The notes under the pieces were generated by a model. It ran no database searches and was not told where the DNA came from. It was given only the letters and a program-made list of their open reading frames with translations. A stretch of DNA of 64,000 nucleotides from Tubiluchus corallicola (taxonomy: Eukaryota; Animalia; Priapulida), in contig JAQGDQ010000215.1 of the NCBI GenBank assembly GCA_030141605.1, positions 1 to 64,000 of the forward strand, given 5' to 3'. The position numbers and the translations under genes are program-made. Positions 1 through 64,000 of this stretch are shown one piece after another; the first letter of the stretch is position 1, and each line of letters opens with the position of its first letter.

Positions 1-383
1 CTATTGAAAATTGTTAGTTTGTGATGTCATCAATAGTTGGGCTTGTCCGCATTTAATTAAGATTTTAATCTAATATTTAATTATGAGAAACGCTTTTACA
101 GTATTAATTGTGTTAAAATGTATACTTTTTATCGGACTTGAAAATGGGGTACTACGCGAAGAATCATTATGTATTCCTTTAATCCCTCGTGGGTTCCACA
201 CAGTAACGCTCTGTGTTGGAAGCCATACAGGATTCACGGAAAGAAGTCACGTAGTAGCCATTAATTGTGCTTGAGATGATGTTTATTGCTGGTTTATTGG
301 CTTTTTCATACAGTAACAATGCACTGCTTAAACACTTCAATGTTATTTTTGGTGGACTGGTTAAAAGAGAGCAATGATCAAAG

Positions 384-530
384 CAACACTGAACAGTTCA
401 ACCATCATGGATGTCTAAGCAAGAAAATTTTGATTCCACTCCATATCTTTGCCGTCAACACTGAACAGTTCAACCATCATGGATGTCTAAGCATGAACAT
501 TTTGATTCCACTCCGTATCTTTGCTGTCAA
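384..530. repeat. 72-bp tandem duplication
   Basis: caacactgaacagttcaaccatcatggatgtctaagc... occurs at 384 and 456. Confidence 0.85.
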
Positions 531-779
531 ATATTTCGAGGAGATCCTCGTGGTTTCTTGTGGAGTTCCACGACTAAAAATATGTCTTCATGGACACCCA
601 AGCTACGCGAAATTTGTTTCACTACGGCCAAATTATTTAATGCACAAACCGACTTAAAACAGAATATCGTTGCTCTGCTTGTCCATAGGAATGTTTAAAT
701 ATTGTTTGTAAATAAGCTGATAATCATGGAAAGACCGAAAGTTCTTACGTAAAATGAAATCATTGTTCATCGCCGTAGT

Positions 780-1385
780 CAGTGCTGGCATTAACCATCA
801 GGCAAGAAAGGCACGTGCCTTAGGGGCAACCAAAAATCCGGGCCACAAAAAAAGAAATTAAAAATTTTTAATAAGGTCTCAGGTGATGACAAAAATGTTT
901 TCTTTTATTTTTATGTACATAAATGTTTAGTATTTTATGTTGTGGCCTTTGCGACAACGAATGAATAGGACGCTATTCAGGCAGGAATGTTGATCAGAAA
1001 TTTTGTCTTAACATGGATAACACCATTTTCTCTGTTGTCAACAACGTGATTATTGCATTTCATTTTTTGAGCTAAAGCTTTGCTACAGTGTCGCTTTGTT
1101 TTCTTTAAGACCTTAATCTATTATTGGTTTCTTTTAAAGGAATACGTTCTACTGTTCTACAGTTTACAGCAAAAGCGTGCAAAGTTGTAATCTAGCTCGC
1201 TATATGTACCAATAGTAATTACTGTAAACAATGAAAATATATTTGTTGTTCTAAATTTTTGCATAATAAATTTTCTGTACTAAGTTAAACTTTTTCCTTT
1301 TGCCGCTAAGCCCAAATTATCTGTATTTTCAGGCCGCTTAATAAAATGTGACTTAAGACTAGCAGAGCCCTAATCCCGGCACCTG
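780..1385. mobile_element. Possible hAT-type MITE
   Basis: Imperfect TIRs (cagtgctggcatta / taatcccggcacctg), with cgtagt on both flanks as a degenerate TSD. Confidence 0.4.
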
Positions 1386-2060
1386 GCGTAGTGTATAAGC
1401 TTCGAACTTCAGTTCATAGGGAAACAACTAAAGTAAATGTTGTATTTTACTTTTTCCTTGGATGCAGTGGAATGGATTTCTTAAAAAAGTGTTTAACGTT
1501 AATTTAATTCGATTTTATTTTGTGAATAAGGCAGACCATAAAGAGCTTTCTTTATCTTGTTTTTAAATGTTAATGCTAAAGGAAAGAATCTCACGTTTTT
1601 CATGGCGTCCTCATTGATTTTTATAAGAATAAAGTCTTCTTCTCCTTCGCTGCCCAATGTGCCCATTCCTAAGAAAGTCGCTCATATGGTAAACCTTTGC
1701 TACGACAGTAAATATCATCATCATCATACGCCCATCTTATCTTATTCGCCAATCCCGTTGTTCATGCAATTGTCTTTAATTTTGCTCCATTAATTAAAGA
1801 ATGTAGCAGCTCTGTCTCAAACACCAAGACGACAAGAATAAATTTAACAACTTTATAGCTCGCAAATCACCATCATCATCATCATATGCCCGTCACGTCT
1901 ATTGTAGACATCGGGCAGGCAGAATTCTAAAATAAAAGAAATCTGCCTTCAGACAGGTAAACGCAGCAGTAATCCAGCAAAAAAAAACTAGACACTGCTA
2001 CGCCAGTGGCTTGTCAGCACCACTTCCGTTAACATACACTAACACACTAACTACAGTAAG

Positions 2061-3410
2061 TACACTAACATACGTAGGCTAGCAACATGGGAAACCTCTA
2101 CTACGAGAGTAACTACACTAACATACGTAGGCTAGCAACATGGTAAGCCTCTGCTACGAGAGTAACTACACTAACATACGTAGGCTAGCAACATGGGAAA
2201 CCTCTACTACGAGAGTAACTACACTAACATACGTAAGCTAGCAACATGGGAAACCTCTACTACGAGAGTAACTACACTAACATACGTAGGCTAGTAACAT
2301 GGTAAACCTCTGCTACAAGACTAACTACACTAACATACGTAGGCTAGTAACATGGTAAACATCTGCTACGAGACTAACTACACTAACATACGTAGGCTAG
2401 CAACATGGGAAACATCTGCTACAAGACTAACTACACTAACATACGTAAGCTAGCAACATGGGAAACGTCTGCTACGAGAGTAGCTACACTAACATACGTA
2501 GGCTAGTAACATGGTAAACGTCTGCTACGAGAGTAACTACACTAACATACGTAGGCTAGCAACATGGGAAACCTCTGCTACGAGAGTAACTACACTAACA
2601 TACGTGGGCTAGCAACATGGGAAACCTCTGCTACGAGACTAACTACACTAACATACGTAGGCTAGCAACATGGGAAACCTCTGCTACAAGACTAACTACA
2701 CTTACATATGTAGGCTAGTAACATGGGAAACCTCTGCTACGAGAGTAACTACACTAACATACGTAGGCTAGCATCATGGGACACCTCTGCTACAAGACTA
2801 ACTACACTAACATACATAGGCTAGCAACATGGTAAACGTCTGCTACAAGACTAACTACACTAACATACGTAAGCTAGCAACATGGTAAACCTCTGCTACG
2901 AGACTAACTACACTAACATACGTAAGCTAGCAACATGGGAAACCTCTACTACGAGACTAACTACACTAACATACGTAGGCTAGCAACATGGTAAACCTCT
3001 ACTACGAGACTAACTACACTAACATACGTAGGCTAGCAACATGGGAAACCTCTGCTACAAGACTAACTACACTAACATACGTAGGCTAGCAACATGGGAA
3101 ACCTCTGCTACGAGACTAACTACACTAACATACGTAGGCTAGCAACATGGGAAACATCTGCTACAAAACTAACTACACTAACATACGTAGGCTAGCAACA
3201 TGGGAAACCTCTGCTACGAGACTAACTACACTAACATACGTAGGCTAGCAACATGGGAAACATCTGCTATGAGACTAACTACACTAACATACGTAATCTA
3301 GCAACATGGGAAACCTCTACTACGAGACTAACTACACTAACATACGTAGGCTAGCAACATGGGAAACCTCTGCTACAAGACTAACTACACTAACATACGT
3401 AGGCTAGCAA
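2061..3410. repeat. 53-bp minisatellite, ~25 copies
   Basis: Unit acactaacatacgtaggctagcaacatgggaaacctctgctacgagactaact, head-to-tail with no spacers. Confidence 0.95.
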
Positions 3411-5084
3411 GTAATACAAAACTTTCTGACAGCTATCATTTTCCCTGAATTTCAACGTGATAGACTCTTTGACCCTAGGAGACTTTAGTTCGGGACTATT
3501 TTGTTGGATCATTATTTCTCATTGGAAACCAGAACTCACGGTCTACAAAAATCTTGTGAAAAAGGAGTATGAAAACCGGCTTCACAAATGGAGTGAAGTG
3601 TAATTAATTCTTTTACACGTGCTAGTTATAATGCTCAAGAAGCCGCTGCGAACATCCATTTCATTAATAACCGTTCACTGACAAACAGCGGAAACGATAA
3701 TACTTCCGGTTTGGACAGAACTATAACGCAAGTGATGCACGGCGTCTTCCTTTGTGCGGATATTGCGTTTTAAAGGCAGATCCAAGAAACGAACAACGTG
3801 CGTACACACGAGTACTGCCTCTGAAGTAGTAATAATAAGTCTGTTAATTACTTGCATGTTTTGGTAACAATCACAGGTAATTGTGTTTCCACAGGTGTAA
3901 TGTATACGCTCAAACCAAAGTTGCGTTCCCATATCTATGTTAGTTTATACTGCAAAAATACAAATTTTCTGTAGTCTACAATTACTACATCTACAAATCT
4001 ACTGAAATAAGTGCAAGAAAATAAGTGCTACAGATTACTATGTTACACTAAAAAGCTAAAAAGCATACATACATTGTTGGTCCAATGTTGAGTCGAGATA
4101 AAGCCAGAATGTCAGTAAAAGGTAGCAGTATAATTATAAGTGAAATTCTAAATGTAACAGAGACGTGTGTACATAACAAGTTCCACCTACACAATGTCAG
4201 AGTAGAAAAAGTAGTCTAGCTTGTTGAACTACAGTCTAATATATTGTGGCTTCCAATGCATATACTACCTTGAGAAGGGGTAATGGACCAAAACATTTGT
4301 CCCTGCAACAACAGGTATTTTTCACAAAGTTGATGATTTCTCTTTTCCTGTCGTTATGTATACTTTTTCTTCTAGTAATATTCCACTTAAGATAGGTTAT
4401 AATGTGTTTTCTGGTCAATTATTTAGGCATGCCAGGTTATGTTCTAGTAAGCAGGTGTTTTTGGTTAGGGCAGCTAGCTTGTGTAAAATAATGTCCAATA
4501 GGGGGGGTTACTCTACGATGAGTCTTCTTCGTTCTTATGAAAATGTTTTTAAAAGTCACCGTTTTCTTTTTTTAAGTTTGGTTGGCGTTCAGTTAAGCAA
4601 GTGGCTGTTGCCTTGATGTGATTTTGGTGATGAGAAACTTTTCTAGCCTTTTGACGCTTTGTGGTCATGTTGAAGGAGCCCCTTCTCTTTTTTGTCATTG
4701 TTGCAGTTGGTTTACGTTGATGTTCTGTGGGTGCTTTGTATTATGTGTTATGTCTGTAGATGCCACTTTAACATCTAAGATTGGGCAGTCAATGTATTAT
4801 GTGTTATGTCTGTAGTTATCACTTCAACATCTAAGGTTGGGCAGTCAATGTGACTGGGTCCCCACCGGAAGAGTTTGAAGATAGTGAGAAGGGACCGAAA
4901 TCTGAATCTTTTCGACGCCTGACCTGATGACCCTTTTCCTTTGGTGATAATTTTATGTGTGTGTCGTTTTAGATTCTATGATTTGCAGTTGTCTTTGTCT
5001 CTTTTTGTTGTTTGTGTGTGGTGTTGATGTCATTGGAGTTTAATTCTGAAAACAGTTATCAGACAGAATTTGGTTGCATTAAAA

Positions 5085-6510
5085 GACAAGGCGAGGCGAG
5101 GCAAGGCAAGGCAAGGCAAAGCAAGGCAAGACGAGACGCGATCCGACACGACATGACAAGTCAAGAGAAGAGGAGATGAGATGAGATGAGATGAGATGGG
5201 ATGGGATGGGATGGGATGGGATGGAATGGGATGGGATGGGATAGGATGGCATAAGATAAGATAAGATAAGATAAGATAAGATAAGATAAGATAAGATAAG
5301 ATAAGATAAGATAAGATAAGATAAGATAAGATAAGATAAGATAAGATAAGATAAGATAAGATAAGATAAGATAAGATAAGATAAGATAAGATAAGATAAG
5401 ATAAGATAAGATAAGATACGATACGATACGATACGATACGATACGATACGATACGATACGATACGATACGATACGATACGATACGATACGATACGATACG
5501 ATACGATAAGATAAGATAAGATAAGATAAGATAAGATAAGATAAGATAAGATAAGATAAGATAAGGTAAGATACGATAAGATCCAGTCAGGACAGCCGAG
5601 GTAAGATAAGGTGAGATGAGATGAGAGGAGAGGAGACGAGACGAGACGAGAGAAACTAACCTACTGATAGATTTTACCACATTTTTCTTCCCATCCCTCG
5701 TGGTATTTTCCAGCCATGAACTGGGATTTGCACGATGAGATGAGATGGGATGGGATGAGATGAGATGAGGGGAGAGGAGAGGAGAGGAGAGGAGAGGAGA
5801 GGAGAGGAGGGGAGAGGAGAGGAGACGAGAACTAAACAGGCAAGACGAGACGCGATCCGACACGACATGACAAGTCAAGAGAAGAGGAGATGAGATGAAA
5901 TGAGATGAGATGAGATGAGATGGGATGGGATGGGATGGGATGGGATGGGATAGGATGGCATAAGATAAGATAAGATAAGATAAGATAAGATAAGATAAGA
6001 TAAGATAAGATAAGATAAGATAAGATAAGATAAGATAAGATAAGATAAGATACGATACGATACGATACGATACGATACGATACGATACGATACGATACGA
6101 TACGATACGATACGATACGATACGATACGATACGATACGATACGATACGATAAGATAAGATAAGATAAGATAAGGTAAGATATGATAAGATCCAGTCAGG
6201 ACAGCCGAGGTAAGATAAGGTGAGATGAGATGAGAGGAGAGGAGACGAGACGAGACGAGAGAAACTAACCTACTGATAGATTTTACCACATTTTTCTTCC
6301 CATCCCTCGTGGTATTTTCCAGCCATGAACTGGGATTTGCACGATGAGATGAGATGGGATGGGATGAGATGAGATGAGGGGAGAGGAGAGGAGAGGAGAG
6401 GAGAGGAGAGGAGAGGAGAGGAGAGGAGAGGAGAGGAGAGGAGAGGAGAGGAGAGGAGAGGAGACGAGACGAGAACTAAACTACTGATAGATTTTACCAC
6501 ATTTTCTTCC
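5085..6510. repeat. Compound pentanucleotide microsatellite (GGCAA/GACGA/GATGA/GGGAT/GATAA/GATAC/GAGAG) duplicated as a ~0.6-0.7 kb higher-order unit
   Basis: Ordered pentamer blocks. The unique spacers ccagtcaggacagccgagg and ctactgatagattttaccacatttttcttcc recur at ~5583/6192 and ~5661/6270/6481. Confidence 0.92.
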
Positions 6511-7939
6511 TACTGACTCTTCGAATTTAAGCCCAATAGAAAACGTGTGGTTGATTGTCAAGTTGCACCTGCAAGAGACCGACTATACCAGAGGTGTGCA
6601 AATGATTTGACTAGCTGGGCCACATTAAACTTTCCCGCAATTCCTGCGGGCCGCAGGCAGTTTGATCAAGGTGCCAAGTACAGAAGGGCCTAATAACGAT
6701 TTTTTTGCATCCGACCTGCGTACATCATTACTACTACACTCAAGAAACTATTTTAGAAGTTATTAAAATTTATATTACAAACCATATATTTCTACTTTCG
6801 GGACAGATAGTGGTAATTTCATTGCAATGCATATTAGTAATGTGTATCACACAGTCTATGTAGTACAGTGACATTAAGCTACAACCGTCTTGTAAGGGTT
6901 TATGGCATCCGATCTAGTAGAAAAAACTACCCGCGCCATCTTTGGGATCGTGGCACGGACTTCAGCTGGATACACTCAATTAATCGCCCGGGCCGCACTT
7001 TCATTAGGTTGACAAATCTCTTTGCGGGCCGCACAAATTCTCTCGGCGACATGCCGAGATCCAAATGTGGTAACATGACGCTCAGATTTCTGGAAGCTGC
7101 TGAAATTTCCTGGATTCCATGCCAAAACGAGTGGAGAAACTGATAAAAAATCAAGAGGCCATGTTATATAATGGAAAGTATGAGAGTGATTAAAATGAGA
7201 GTGTTTAACGTGCATTTTCGTTCATTTTGCATTAGTTAAATTAATTTTGCATTAATATAAATATATTAATATATCTTCTAGTGACAAAGACAAATAGCTA
7301 CCCAAAAAGTCTATATTTCCAAAGTTAGATTTTTCACATTAGACTGATTCTAACTAATTAGATTATCTTTTCATTTAATTAATTTGAGCTGAACTTCAGC
7401 AGGTGACTAATTAAACTAATTAATTAATTGAAATTTAATTAATCGTGGATTTGTAACATCAACATCCGATCCTTATCATTAAGAATATTTTCAGGATTAT
7501 TGTTCTCTGTTTTCACGGATTCGCACAATTTAACTCGATCACTTTACGAGATGAAACCAACCTTACAACTCGACAACCTGCTTTCTTTCCGCATAACAGT
7601 TTTTTTCCAGTTTTTACAAATTGTTACAAAAAACACTTCAAAAAATTGAAAAATTGTTAAAAATACAATAGTACTTGTATATATAAAAATTATTGCATGT
7701 ACAGTAAAACATTGGCATAACCAGACTAAAAGTAAATGTTAACAAATTCGCACATGAAGAGGAAAGATGCGTAAATAGATAAATATATAAGATATACAAA
7801 ATCTTGTATTACATAAGAAGTAAGACTTAAAGTCATCTTTGTAAAACATATTAACATTTGTGATACCATGCTGTAAGCCATTACACTGAGCTTAGCTTCT
7901 CAAACTCGTGCTAGTATTTCCTCTCAAAAATGCACAGCC

Positions 7940-64000
<56,061 letters not shown>

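Noticed and set aside
2061-3410. CRISPR-like array
   Set aside because: Head-to-tail units with no unique spacers, no cas genes, and a eukaryotic context.
3430-3860. Promoter-like patch (ACTTCCGG) and short open frames
   Set aside because: No recognisable protein and no phase-consistent partner exons.
4230-4850. Possible retroelement fragment on the minus strand
   Set aside because: Strand-biased composition but no diagnostic motif I can identify.
5030-6500. 419-aa and related ORFs (SYLIL/SYRIV/SHPIP repeats)
   Set aside because: Translations of pentanucleotide microsatellites; no splice or compositional support.

Overview
AT-rich, repeat-rich invertebrate (metazoan, probably lophotrochozoan) genomic DNA with spliceosomal introns; most ORF-track entries are microsatellite or transposon noise. 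Two things organise the window. (1) The 3' part of an OFD1-like centriolar coiled-coil gene on the minus strand. I could splice 11 coding exons in frame by hand, from 64000 (runs off the edge) to a stop at 7940. It includes a probable GC-AG intron and one 41,751-bp intron (22174-63924). (2) Nested antisense inside that giant intron is a tandem cluster of three paralogous 3-exon genes (CDS 30477-32637, 45507-47318, 58823-59670). They encode small secreted, Cys-free, Tyr-rich proteins that share an ungapped 88-aa core I cannot assign to any family (46/88 residues invariant). Their low-complexity flanks differ (Gly/His/Tyr, Gly/Tyr, Ala/Pro/Tyr/His), and they share promoter motifs, so they look like a co-regulated structural-protein system. 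The remainder is minisatellites, compound microsatellites, SINEs, MITEs, Helentron-type elements and LINE fragments.
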